Below are positions 13,412 to 27,060 of a stretch of DNA of 64,000 nucleotides, piece after piece. The DNA is from the human T2T-CHM13v2.0 reference genome, Homo sapiens. Position 1 is the first letter of the stretch. Each line of letters starts with the position of its first letter. Below the pieces are notes generated by a model. It was not told where the DNA came from, did not search any database, and saw only the letters and a program-made list of their open reading frames with translations. The stretch is from positions 23,104,001-23,168,000 of the forward strand of contig CP086569.2 of the NCBI GenBank assembly GCA_009914755.4, given 5' to 3'. A program made the position numbers and the translations under genes.

Positions 13412-13707
13412 GTGTGTGTGTATTTTGAGAAGGAGTCTCACTCTGTCACCCAGGCTGGAGTGAAGTGTCAGGATCTTGGCTCACCTCAACCTCCACCTGC
13501 CACCTTCAAGTGATTCCCCTGCCTCAGCCACTCAAGGAACTGGGATTACAGGCACATGCCACCATGTCCAGCTAATTTTTGTATTTTCAGTCGAGACTGG
13601 GTTTCACCATATTTGTCAGGTTGGTCTCCGACTCCTGTCCTCAAGTGATCCACCACTTTGGCCTGCCAAAATTCTGGGCTTACAGGCGCAGGCCACCACA
13701 CCCAGCC
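13412..13707 (-). mobile_element. Alu SINE preceded by short (GT)n
   Basis: gagaaggagtctcactctgtcacccaggctggagtgaagtg...ctgggcttacaggcgcaggccaccacacccagcc. Confidence 0.9.
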
Positions 13708-13961
13708 TCATTTATTTGTTTATGTTTTTGAAGCCTTCCTCTATTTTCTTCAGGGGCATGTATTTTAGAGTTATTGAAATAACATATTTTATTTATTTAC
13801 TCAATAGTTTAGTAAGATTTTAAAAGTAATGTATTTACTCACTAAATACAATATTGTGAATAGGTTAAACCTTTTGTAGTGTTGTCATTCTCTCTTTCAT
13901 AAATTCTTCAAGAACTCTGATTCTGTTTTTCCCTCACCTGAGGAGAATATGCAGATAGTTA

Positions 13962-15890
<1,929 letters not shown>

Positions 15891-15894
15891 CATC

Positions 15895-16110
15895 CAATAA
15901 CTGGAGGCCCCAGTGTCTAATGTTCTGATGTTTATTTCTGTGTACACCCAAGTTTTAGTTCCTATTCATAAGTGAGACTATGCTGTATTTGATTTTCTGT
16001 TTCCTCATTAATTTTCTTAGGTTAATGACCTCTAGCTTCATCCATGTTTCTGCAAAGGACATGATTTTGTTCTTTTTCTGGCTGTGTACAATTCCAGGGT
16101 TCATATGATA
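15895..16110 (-). mobile_element. L1 LINE 3'-end fragment (older primate L1 subfamily)
   Basis: ggttaatgacctctagcttcatccatgtttctgcaaaggacatgattttgttctttttctggctgtgtacaattccag is the reverse complement of the L1 ORF2/3'UTR junction region; compare 30960-31080. Confidence 0.8.
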
Positions 16111-16744
16111 AGGCGTGAGTTTGGACCAAGAAGGCTTTCTGCCAGAGCCATCAACGCTGTGGAAATAAAACCGTCCACAAGTCAGGAAACAAAACAGTCA
16201 TTACTGGTAATAGTAACTGTAAAACCTCTCACAGATTTGATTTCATTTTTAATTTACTGTAGATTAGGCAGCATGACACAGAATACCCTGCCCCTAGTAG
16301 TATGCGATTTGACGACAAATGTCAATTAGATTTGGTCATTGAAAACTACAAGAATCTTAGTTAACACCATAGTTACATAAGTAATTTTAACAATATATAC
16401 CAGCTTATTTTAAAGTTTCAGTTAGTCCACTAGAGACCTAAATGTTATTTTAAACATAGGTCAAAATTCATGTGGATAAGGGGTAAAATGGCAAGTTTTT
16501 ATTTTTATTCATTTCTTTTTGGTTTTATGCCAAAAAGAAAGGGTGATCCCTTATCATCACAGTATTTACGTGTTCAGCCATTAAGGAGAAAGAGTATCCA
16601 ATCCCACTGCTTTCCTGCATTGGTTCCCATACACAAGCAAATGTGCTGTGTTAGTGACTATCAAATATTCTTATATTTGATGAAGGGAAATTTGTGTTTC
16701 CAAACTGTAAAACAAAAATATTACTATCAGTTATATTTTTATTA

Positions 16745-17060
16745 TTTATTTACTTTCATTCTTTCCTTTCTCTCTCCCTCCCTCCCTTCCTTCTTTCCTT
16801 CCTTCAGCCTTTCCTTCCATCCTTCCTTCTTTTCTTCTGTCTTCCCTCCCTCCCTCCTTTCCTCCCTCCCTCCCCCGCCTCCATCCCTTCTCCCCGTCTC
16901 CTCTCTCTCTCTTTCTTTCTCCTTTCTTTCTTTCTTTTTTCTTTCTTTCTTTCTTTCTTTCTTTCTTTTTCTTTCTTTTTTTCCCTCTTTTCTTTACCTC
17001 TTTCTCTCTCTCTCTCTCTCTTTCTTTTCTCTATCTCTGTATCTCCCTTTGATTTTTTTT
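16745..17060. repeat. Polypyrimidine (CTTT/CCTT/CTCT)n compound microsatellite, likely expanded (GAAA)n Alu tail
   Basis: About 315 bp made almost purely of C and T, immediately 5' (on +) of the poly-T end of a minus-strand Alu. The six-frame track shows artefactual 100-212 aa ORFs here (FLSF.., KEKERKKE..). Confidence 0.9.
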
Positions 17061-17205
17061 TTAGGTAGACTCCTGCTCTGTCACCTAAGGTGGAGTGCAG
17101 TGGCATGATCTTGGCTCACTGAAACTTCCCCATCCTGGGTTCAAGCAATTCTTCAGTCACACCCTCCCAAGTAGTTGTGACTGTAGGCCTGTGACATAAA
17201 TCCTG

Positions 17206-17249
<44 letters not shown>

Positions 17250-17372
17250 TTTTAGTAGAGAGCAGGTATCACAATGTTTGCTTAGGCTGGTCTCAAATGC
17301 TTGTCCTCAAGTGATCCACCCACCTCAGCCTGGCAAAATGCTGGGATGTCAGGCATGAGCCACAGTGCCCAC
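17053..17372 (-). mobile_element. Alu SINE with (TA)n expansion in linker
   Basis: tttttttttaggtagactcctgctctgtcacctaaggtggagtgcagtggcatgatcttggctcactg...(ta)15...ctgggatgtcaggcatgagccacagtgcccacc. Confidence 0.9.
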
Positions 17373-17409
17373 CCAGTTTTATGCATTTCTCTCCTCAGTG
17401 ATCTCTCCT

Positions 17410-17700
17410 ATTTTATTATTTTATTTTACTTTTATTTTTGAGACAGAGTCTTGCTCTGGTGCCCAGGCTGGAGCACAGTGGTGTAATCTCAGTACATGGC
17501 AAACTCCATCACTGGGATTCAATGGATTCTCCTGCATCAGCCTCCTAAGTAGCTGGGATAACATCCATGGGCCACCAAGCCCAGCTAGCTTTGGTATGAT
17601 ATTAGACATGGGATCTTGCTATGTTGGCCAGGCTTGTCTCGAACTCCTGACATGAAGAGATCTGCCCACCACGGCCTGCCAAACTGCTGGGAGTGCAGCC
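17410..17700 (-). mobile_element. Alu SINE
   Basis: tttttgagacagagtcttgctctggtgcccaggctggagcacagtggtg...caaactgctgggagtgcagcc, with a T-rich tail. Confidence 0.88.
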
Positions 17701-18165
17701 TCCATGCCCTACCTCATATCTGTTCTAAACCTCAGTTGATAAGCAATATTGTCTTCCTGGAATGCTTTATGTTTACAAAACAACTACAGTACTATTATTT
17801 AGCCCCTTCAGGTAAAATATGGTAACATAGAAAACATATACACACAGACACAGACACAGGCAGTGATCAAAATATGAGGGTAGGCCAGGATGTAAAATGA
17901 AAGATGTGTTGCTGCAGTTGACTAGAATTAAACCAGACCAGAGCTGACCCTTACCCAGATAAGAGATGTGAACAGAAGCTTTCAAAAAACTCTATCAGTT
18001 GCATGTTAGATTATTCTCCAGCCATAGCAAAGGGACATTAAAGATCTGTTGTGTTTAGAAGAGTCTTGATAGTTTGACTTTTCCAGGGTAGCATTCGTGA
18101 CATTGGCCTTTAAAGCTCTCCACAATTACTCAATTACTCAAATCAGTAGACAACTCAATTATCCA

Positions 18166-18296
18166 AGGAGTCTGAAGTGCTTTTTAAAATTATGTAAAAC
18201 TTAGTGGCTTAAAACAATAATTATAGTTATCCTAGGAGTCTGAAGTGCTTTTTAAAATTATGTAAAACTTAGTGGCTTAAAACAATAATTATAATT
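18166..18296. repeat. Tandem duplication, 2 x about 66 bp
   Basis: ggagtctgaagtgctttttaaaattatgtaaaacttagtggcttaaaacaataattata occurs twice back to back. The motif cttagtggcttaaaacaa is typical of hAT-type DNA-transposon relics. Confidence 0.85.
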
Positions 18297-18489
18297 TACT
18301 ATCAGTCTCTGCAATCTTCCACAGTCTCTCAGCCAAATGATTGTGGTTCAGGGTCACTCAGGAGGATGCAATCTAGTGATGGCTCAGGATGGGGACATTG
18401 TCCGGTGTCTTCTCGTCTCCCTGGTGCCATGGCTAGGTTGACTCAAAATAGTGGGGGCTGGCCTGCTGAGATCTTCAGGCATCTCCTAT

Positions 18490-18806
18490 TTCTTTTTCTT
18501 TTTTCTTTTTTTCTTTTTTTGAGATGGAGTCTTGCACTGTTGCTCAGGCTGGAGTGCAGTAGTGCCATCTTGGCTCACTGCAAATTCTGCCTCCTGGGTT
18601 CAGGGTTCAGGCCATTTTCCTGCCTCAGCCTCCCAAGTAGCTGGAACTACAGGCGCCTGCCACAAAGCCCAGCTAATTTTTTGTACTTTTAGTAGAGATG
18701 GGGTTTCACTGTGTTAGCCAGGATGGTCTTGATCTCCTGACCTTGTGATCCATCCACCTCGGCCTCTCAAAGTGCTGGGATTACAGGTGTAAGCCACCGT
18801 GCTGGC
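18490..18806 (-). mobile_element. Alu SINE
   Basis: T-rich tail then gagatggagtcttgcactgttgctcaggctggagtgcagtagtgcc...ctgggattacaggtgtaagccaccgtgctggcc. Confidence 0.92.
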
Positions 18807-21184
18807 CTTCCTTCTATTTCTGTGAGTCTCTCCATGGGATGTCCTTTCAGCATAGTGTTATCAGGGTGTTAGACTTTGTGATGTACTGGTTGGGGGCTCC
18901 TGAGGGGTTTGTCCCATGAGAGCAGGAGATTTAGTTAGAGCTGTGTCACCTTTTCTAACCTAGGCCAGAGGTGTCCCAGTATCCAGAGAAGGCTTGCACT
19001 GTTTTCTATTCATTAGCAGCAAGTACTGTATTCAGTACCACCAGGAATATTTTCAAATGGGTTTGTGGAGAATGTGACTGAGACCACTACAATGGCCATG
19101 CCTAATAATTACTTATTTTTATAAGTGCTGGATGCGTTTTACCCAACATAATAGCAGATACAGACTTTTAAGCTTAAAACCTAAATGTCATAGCTCCAAA
19201 CATTTGGTTGTATGTTGAAATAACTCTCAAGCAAAAATTGATTTTGAAACGAGAGCTGTAAATAAATAAAATAAATGACATAAACTCATAAATATCTGGA
19301 AGAAATGCTTATAAAGAGGTCAGCCTTAAAAATGTCATGAGGTCTAATGTGCCGCTCTTCTATTTCTATGGATAGTACTTGGACAGGACAAGGACTCAAG
19401 GGTCTGCTGGTCCATCTCTGCACCTTGAAACAGTGGCTAGGGCACCAGGAGTAATGCTTCCAGCCAAAACCGTGTGGTTAGTGTGAGGAGTCCCTCCGGG
19501 TTAAGGAGTGTGTCAGCATAATGTGACCTGAAGAAGAGGTATACCTCATAGGCGCCCAGGATCAAGGTCTCCGGCACACATTGAAATCCCCCATGCCCAG
19601 GTGTGGTGAAGTGAATCCCTCAGCTGGTGCTGGGCTTCCAGGTGTGTCCGGGAACCGTTCCCTGGGCTGGGAAGGATCTCTTCATTCCCTTGCCATGTGG
19701 GAGGGTAAGGCTTGTGGCCTCATCTCTGTATGTTCCAGCTCTTTCCCTTCCCATTATCCCACTGCTGGGTAAGGCGGCAGGATCTCGGAATCTACAAGGG
19801 CCCTGGGTTGTTGACAGTGCCTGTGGGTGGCCATGTACTAGGAGGAGGGTCACTGAGCCTACCTTGAGCTTGGAGGCTGGGAAGGAACACCCGTGTGGCA
19901 CTGGCTGTTCCGGAGTCCAGGAGCCCGTCCCGGAGAAGGCCGGGGGGAAGTCGTAAGCCTGTGGATCTGCAATCTAGGTGGAATTGCTGTATCTGTCATG
20001 GCAAGACACCCACTGGGTGGAGAGCTGGGCTTGTGCATTTTCCCCATGTCCTGAAGAGACCCAGCAAGACTGGCTCCCCTGGGACCAGTGACACTGGAGA
20101 CCTCCTCTGGGTCCACTCAAGCTTAAGCTCTTATGTGCCTTGCTTCCTATCCTCCCAGGTGAGGCATCCTGGAGAGGATGTGCGGGGCGAAGGTCATATG
20201 AGCACCTGCAGCACTGGAATGGGGTGTCACTGGCCTGTTAGGCCGTTGCTCACCAGGCCCTCTCCTGAGCTCCTACGTGGCTTAGTGGTAAGTGTCCCAT
20301 CTACCCGACCCCGCAGCCCGGGTTTCTCCTCCACTTACAGACCCGTGCCCTCTTGGGGAGAATGCCAGCCTCCCTGGAGACTCAGGCCCTGCAGGACCCA
20401 CATGCTGTCGTCTCTCATGGGCTAGACACTCTCTGGTGCACAGGGATTCCCAGACAGTGAATCCCAAAGCCCTGCAGGTTCTGTTGCTTCTTCCCTGAAT
20501 GCCTGCCTTCCCCGACCGAACACACAGGAAGACACAGGTAGCTACTAGGTTTTATTTCCCTCCGGATGTCATTTCAGGTCCATGACATCTCCTTTAGGTA
20601 GTTCGCCCAGCCACTCTTTTCCTCCTACCTCTGCCATTCATGAGAACTGTGAGGACTCTTCGTGTCTCCCCAGCGGGCAGGCTTCACGGGTCCTGAAGTT
20701 GGATTGTCAAACCCAGTGGTCCCCTGCTTGCCAGCTCAAGAGCTGCGTTTGAGGCACACCTGTGGGTGGGAGTGTGGGCCCCACCTCTGGCCAAACAAAG
20801 GTACACAAGGGGAAACAGGTGCAGGTGTGTACAGGCGTGCACCAGCTCAAACATGCAGGCTGGAACGTGCACACGCTCACATTGGTACCAGGGAAACTGG
20901 GTGGGTGTCTGGGTGTCTACACCAATACTCAGATGAACCTTAATGCTCAGCCACATTCCCTTGCTGGACACACACAGAAGGTCCCCTGCCATTTAATTGA
21001 TCGTCTACAGTGGGATTTATTTTTACTTTTATACTTTTTTAACTTACCAAAGTATGTTGCATTCTTTCCCCCATCATGAAAAAGACTTTGATATAAGTAA
21101 GGAGGAAAAGCATTTTTTATAATAAAATACTTTATCTGCATCTATACTATTAAGGCATTATACAAATTTTATGTCTGTTTTTTA

Positions 21185-23600
21185 ATGTCATAGGAAATGT
21201 CTCAGTGCCAGCGCAGCATGAGTGAGGGTGGCAGAGGGGAGAAAGCATGTCAGGGGAACCTGGAGTCTCTGAAACACAACATGATAGGACTGGTCATTCT
21301 AGAAGGATGTAGACCTAAGTGCACCTCGTGTGTACCTCTGCGTGGATGGAAAGAGGGCCTTAGTTGAGCCCAAACTGTGTCCTGGGTGTTACCAGGCCTC
21401 AAGGCACAGAAAGGAGCCAGAGAAGGATGATAAGGCAACTATCCATTGAGCCTTGTTTCTCACCCATTGACCTTTGCCACTTCTGCCTTTTAGGTGACTT
21501 CAGGTTCTCCAATTCTGAAATATGAATGTTACAGTTCCCTGATGGGCCTTTCTCCCCCAGCCCTGGGATGGCCTGAGATTTCTCACTGCAGGCTCCTCCC
21601 TGATCCTTGATTTCTCCTTGTGTATCCCAGCTCCAGGACCCACAGGCCTCTCAGCCCCAGCCCTGGGCTGCTTACCTGGCCTCCTCTCTGTTCCCTCTCT
21701 CAGGGCCTAACTCCCTCCAGTAGTGCTGTGGGGGGGATTGAGACAGAGGCCCTGAATGATGATCTGGGGGACTGGGGAAAGGCATCCGTGACTTGTCAGG
21801 TCGTGGTCCAAAGCCAATTCCCCAGACGTCAAGGAAAGACCAGAAAGGTCCTTTCCCATGATGCCCCGCAGTGGCCTACACCTCAGCAATCCTGGCTGAC
21901 CCTGAGTAGTCATGGTCAGCCAACCAGCTGAAGAATCTCAGGCTGCATCCTGCATGAAGATGGAGGTTCCTCCTGTATGAGTCTAGAACCATTGTACTAC
22001 AGTAGAGCCAGTCACCCTGTATTCTGGAGCAACAGGAGTCCGGAAGGCTCATGCCAGGCCTAGCATCCCACACTCTACCCCCTCTACCATGCCAGGAGGC
22101 ACTCCTTACTGAGGATGCCAACATGATACTCCTTAATGATCACTTCATTGCATAAATAAAGTTTGTGATGAAAGGAAAACTTCATCCTGCCACTTATACC
22201 CCGGGTAGCTGAGTTCCTCCACCTGCCAGGCCAAGGAGAAGAGTACAGACTCAAAGGGATGATTTCATCTAGCTGGGCTGAGGGCCTGCTGGCTGGGGTG
22301 AAGCATGTGTTTCCGCTTCCCAGCTCTCCTGCTGAGACACCCCTGGAGTCCAGGAGGAACTCAACCTGACCAGGACCCTCGACCCCTCCCCTAGACCCAG
22401 GCTCCCCGGCCTGATCTGCAAATCCATCCTGTAGCTTACTTAGTAGGACTTCCTTATGCTTTCTGAACCCAGACAATATCTGGGTGTGCCCTACAATCTG
22501 TGCCTCTGGTCAAGGAGCCTCCAGATGATTGGGTGGGCATGCCAGAGAACAACCTGAAACTTTGCAAGATCTGGGAGAGTGTTGGGCAGGGCTATCCCCC
22601 TGACCTTTGGCCTGGCACCCTGCACTGGTGGTTCTGTCTCTATCTGGCATGCAGGAATGGTAGAGGGTGTGGTGGTCTCGTGGGCAGGTGGAGAGAGGCC
22701 CAGAAAGCCTCGCCGACAATAAGCTGAGAGCACAAGTAGGCAGGGGATTTTGGTGTGGGGTACTGTGGTGTGAGGCAGCTGTTTCCTCAGAGTTCCTGAG
22801 CTGCATGTGGCCCTTGTGCACTGGGTGCTGGACAGGCTCTGCTGAGGGTGTCCAGGTGTGCTGTCCCCTCTTCTCCTGGTCTCCCTGAGGGGTGGGAGTG
22901 TCCACTTGAGGGAGCTGCTATGGGTAGAAGGGACTGCAGGGCTGTGCCTGGTGCTCCCCATGGGGCTCGTGTGTGTGCAACAGAGGCGTGTGTGCAACAG
23001 AGTTTACATATGCTCAGGGCCTACAGCTCTTTGGGTACAGCGAGGCAGAGGGAAGAAAGCCTGTCTGGGGAGCTGGTGCCTGCCTTGCAGAGGACAGCAG
23101 CCCAGTACACCAGAACCCGAGTCTTAAGCACCTTGTATTTCTGGGGTAAGGCTGCTGGACACAGACATGGGCAGCCAGGGTAGCTTCTATGGTTGGCATG
23201 GGCTTGCAGACATCCCTTCCTTCAAGGACTTTCCCAGAGAAACATGCCCTACAACTTCCTGCTGTGCATGAAGTGTCCTTGGTGCCACTATTCTCCCGTG
23301 TGAGTGCTGAGCTTGGCGCCCAGTCCCTACCACGTGCCCTCAGGACACCCTCAAGCAAGCTGCCCTCCTATCTGCAGGACCCTGGCCTCAGCTCCCTTCG
23401 CTATCCCCCATTCCCTGCCTCCTGGCTGACCCCTTGTGCCCCTTGCTTGGCTCCCCTGCTCCCCACCCCAAGAAGCCAGATGCCCACCCCCTGCTGCCAG
23501 TCATTCTGAATGGGCAGCTGCAAAGATGTGGCTCTGGCCCAGAAGCTGGAGATGCCCTGGCTGATGGCCTCTGTGCCATCCTCATGGTGATTTATACCAT
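21185..23600 (-). repeat. Inverted repeat pair 1, arm B
   Basis: See arm A. The arm ends inside the exon-1 homolog at about 23595 and abuts AT-rich sequence on that side, and GC-rich unique sequence (19400-21185) on the other. Confidence 0.8.
21690..23595 (-). pseudogene. TSPY: TSPY-like pseudogene, second copy: inverted, 5'-truncated (no promoter or start of exon 1), diverged
   Basis: Minus-strand peptides include DEIIPLSLYSS..RMKFSFHHKLYLCNEVIIKEYHVGILSKE ~ TSPY1 [37 protein letters not shown], and YRRNLHLHAGCSLRFFSWLADHDYSGSARIAEV ~ [30 protein letters not shown]. The exon-2 homolog is open here but frameshifted in arm A. Confidence 0.75.
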
Positions 23601-25464
23601 GTGTATATCACATGGCTAATGTAGCATTCTCATAAAGGAAACCTTGAAATGTGGCTGCTACTTAGTTTTTATTTTCAACTGTTTCAGTCATTGTTATTTT
23701 TCATATGCTTCATAGGGGCTTTTGAATTTTAAAGAGAATACATAAAAACCAAAAAGAGAAGGACAATGAAATTGTGAGACTACAGTCATAATAATTTCAT
23801 TAATTAATTCAATGGTTTAGAGAGCTAGATTAGATTATATTTCTCCCAAAAGATTCTCGGAGAAATTCTAAGATGACGCACCCACTGTTTGAAATGGCTG
23901 TTAAGGTTGTTGCTTAAGTTAGAGTTAACTCTTTTTAAAGCCTGAAGGTACAGTAATAGTTTCATAAATTACAACACGGAAAATAGGATTTTTAGTGCTA
24001 CTTGCTCTCACCAGAAATAACCACAACTTTTAAACTGTTCTTTATGTCAAATTAAATTTTTTGTTTTTCTACCTCATGTTTTGGATGAGGCAAGTATTTT
24101 TAAATGTATTTTCACCATTATCATACTTCTGTGAGAAACTGCAGAGTTAAATTAATATCATAATTATCTTTCAGTTCTACTTGTCTGTTCCTAAAAGTTC
24201 ACATAAGTAAATAATTCCATTTATGCTTGTATCTTTCAGCAACATTATTTCAGATAACAGTGCTCATTACTGCAGATATCATATGTACAGGTCCGAAGGG
24301 AGAAGAAGAAGGATCAAGTAAGCTTTTAAGTCTATATATTTGTAACACTATATCAGAAACTCAGTAGTTATAATGAAATAAAAAAATGATCACAATCAAT
24401 TCCATCTCATACCTAGCCTGAAATAAGAAGCTTGAAAAGAAAAGAAAGTTAAGAACTTTGGGCTTGTCAAAATTTTCCTATATGAAAAAATTATTGGTAA
24501 CTTTCTCTCACTAGAAAACATAAACAAAAATTCATTCTTCATATATGTGTAAATAAAATATTTTTATTTCCTTCAGTTATGACATGCAAGCAAGTAATAA
24601 AGTGAAAGTATAATAATAAAATGATATAAGGAAATTTGTCTGTATCAAAAAATTCCATTGAGGCTATTAATTTTACATAAACCATAGAGAATGTTTCATG
24701 AAACTACATTATACACTACTTTTTGGTATTTTACTTACATTTTAAACAATTAACAAATTAAAGGAAATTCTTAATCATTATTTATTACCAATAACATTAT
24801 ACTTGAGTAATCCTTTTGGGATTAAATATTTTCAGTAAAACTTTAAAAACAAATTGTATTGACTGATATCAGCTTTTGATGAAATAATACTTCTGTATTT
24901 GTAGTCATGTGAAGTATAACTTTCTTCTCACAATGGCTCTTATATAACACCAGTGTTATTGTTTTCTCTGATACAAACCCTGTGATATCTCATGGCTTTT
25001 CTGTATCCATACATTACATGCCTCCAGAGAGTAGGCTTCAAACAGTAGGAAAAATTTTATCTGTGACAAAATTCTAGAAAAGGGAATGGTAAAATGGGAG
25101 AATAATTTCTAAATTTCTAACTGTTCATCAATGGATTTGGATGTATTTAGATATAGACAAATATTTGCACACTGAAAGTTTGCACGTGTGTATAAATTTA
25201 AATGACATACCCATATGTATCAGTTGTATAATCTTTTAATTAATCCTCAGTTTTACATGTGGGAAATTTGAAAAGAGTTTATCCTTACCAAATACTCAAT
25301 TTGAAGTACTACACTCAATGTGATGTAAAGCCAACAAAATCTCTATTAACATTCATTTCAATTAATCCAATAATGTTAACTGCAGATAGCTTCATTCTTT
25401 TCATTCTCCTTGTCCCCTGTTGGCAGCTGAAAGTTGATTCTCATAACATCAAACTCCTGAGTAA

Positions 25465-25640
25465 ATAAACAACAGATGTGTGCCATCATGTCCAATTTAA
25501 TTAATTAATTGCTTACATTTGTAGAGATAGGTATTGCTATATTGTAGAGATAGGTCTGTGCTGGACTTGAACTCTGGACTTGAAGCAATCCTCCCTTCTC
25601 AGCCTCCCAAAGAGCTGCGATTCCAGGCATGAACCACTAG
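25465..25640 (-). mobile_element. Alu fragment with small internal tandem duplication (tgtagagatagg x2)
   Basis: ctggacttgaactctggacttgaagcaatcctcccttctcagcctcccaaagagctgcgattccaggcatgaaccac. Confidence 0.7.
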
Positions 25641-26339
25641 ACCTCAGTGAAAAAATTTTGGATTTTAGAATATTGCAATATGTTAGACTTAATTTCTTCT
25701 TTCAATTTTGCATTTGCAGTAGCACTTCAAAATCCTATAAAGGAAAGGTAAATACCCTGGACTTTGCAATTTTGCTGCTTTTCTTTACATTCTTTCTATG
25801 TTTACTACCTCATAAACTCTGTTTTACTTTTTGGTCTTTTCACAAATATCATGCATGAATCTTTCCTGAGACTACTTTTCTCTTGGTCCCTTGATACTAT
25901 ATTTGTCTCTGGTAATCCTTTGTGTGAGGTCCTGGGTTTGTATCCCCACAGGTACATCAATCACCTCTCCCTGGCACTGTTCTCTAATAGAGAGACCCAC
26001 CACTGGGAGGCATGGTTCCTAAGCCCTCATAAAAATTACTTCCTGTTTCAGCTCAGTCAAGGTGACACTGTAGAGATTAGAGAAGAAGAAGATGAGAGAA
26101 GCTAGTGTGTGTCCGTCTCCTTCTCAGCAGGGAATACGTTTCCCCAGTGATTCCATGGCCTGCAGGACATGCTCTCTGTGTTTCCATTTTCCATGTAGTG
26201 ACCCTAATCCTAGACTGGCTCTTCTAAAGCCATTTTCTCCAATTGTCTTCTCTAAATGATTTGGGTACTATTTTTGGAGTTTTAAATTTAAAAAAAGTAT
26301 TGATATGGAGGTGGGGCCAGGAAGTGCCTGGTAGAGGAG

Positions 26340-27060
26340 AGTGTGGTTCTTGGCTAGGGCTCCACCCTCAAGCCTGTGCTCACTGAACTAGGTGGGGGCA
26401 TATACTTCTGTTTTCTTGCCCAAATTGGTGAGGACATGCACTTCTGTTGTTTTGCCCAAGTGTTGCATTTTCCAAGACCACCCTTGCCTGCCATACCCCC
26501 ATCCTGTGCTATAAGAAACCCTGAGACCCTAGCAGGCAGATACACAGCAGCTGGACATCGAGAGGAACCATCAGCAGAAGAAGACACAGCAACTGGACCT
26601 CGAGAAGACACCAGAGGAAGGAGAGTACAAGGACGGAGGTGGCAGGCCATCCACTGCAGAGCATGGAGTTCCGCAGGGCTGTGGGAGGAGAGCGCTGACC
26701 TGCCCCATTCCAAGGGAAAACCACCTTCCCACTCAATCTCCTTTCTGACTGCCCATCCATCTGCTGACAACTTCTACTCAATGAAACCTTGCACTTATTC
26801 TCCAAGCCCATGTGTGAGCCAATTTTTCAGGTACACCAAGGCAGAAAACCCTGGGCTCCAGAAAGCCTTCTGTCTTTGCAGTAAGGTGGAGTGTCTAATT
26901 GAGCTAACACAAGCCACCTACAGATGGAGAAACTAAATTAACACCTTGTAACACATGGCCACTGGGGATTCAGGAGCTATAAACTTTCACCCCTAGATGC
27001 TGCCTGGGGTGGGAGCCCCACAACCTGACCTCATTGCTCGCTCTGCAGGGGAGGATAAGG
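26340..27060 (+). mobile_element. Solo LTR-like retroelement fragment (unclassified ERV LTR) with internal about 33-bp tandem repeat
   Basis: LTR-like layout: internal tandem repeat (cagcagctggacatcgagaggaaccatcag / cagcaactggacctcgagaagacaccagag), polyadenylation signal in a caatgaaaccttgcacttattctccaag context, and no coding capacity. Family assignment needs a repeat library. Confidence 0.45.

Noticed and set aside
16470-17108. 212-aa and 124-aa ORFs (FLSFF.. / KEKERKKE..) and similar 100-140-aa ORFs at 46804-47279
   Set aside because: They lie entirely within (CTTT)n/(GAAA)n microsatellites; the low-complexity translation is a repeat artefact, not a protein.
19895-20425. 176-aa ORF in unique GC-rich segment
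   Set aside because: No recognisable domain, no splice context, high GC content explains the open frame; kept only as part of the unexplained 19400-21185 segment.
22491-22997. 168-aa and 131-aa minus-strand ORFs inside arm B
   Set aside because: They correspond to intronic/non-exonic parts of the TSPY-like unit and to frames not matching TSPY; chance ORFs in GC-rich DNA.
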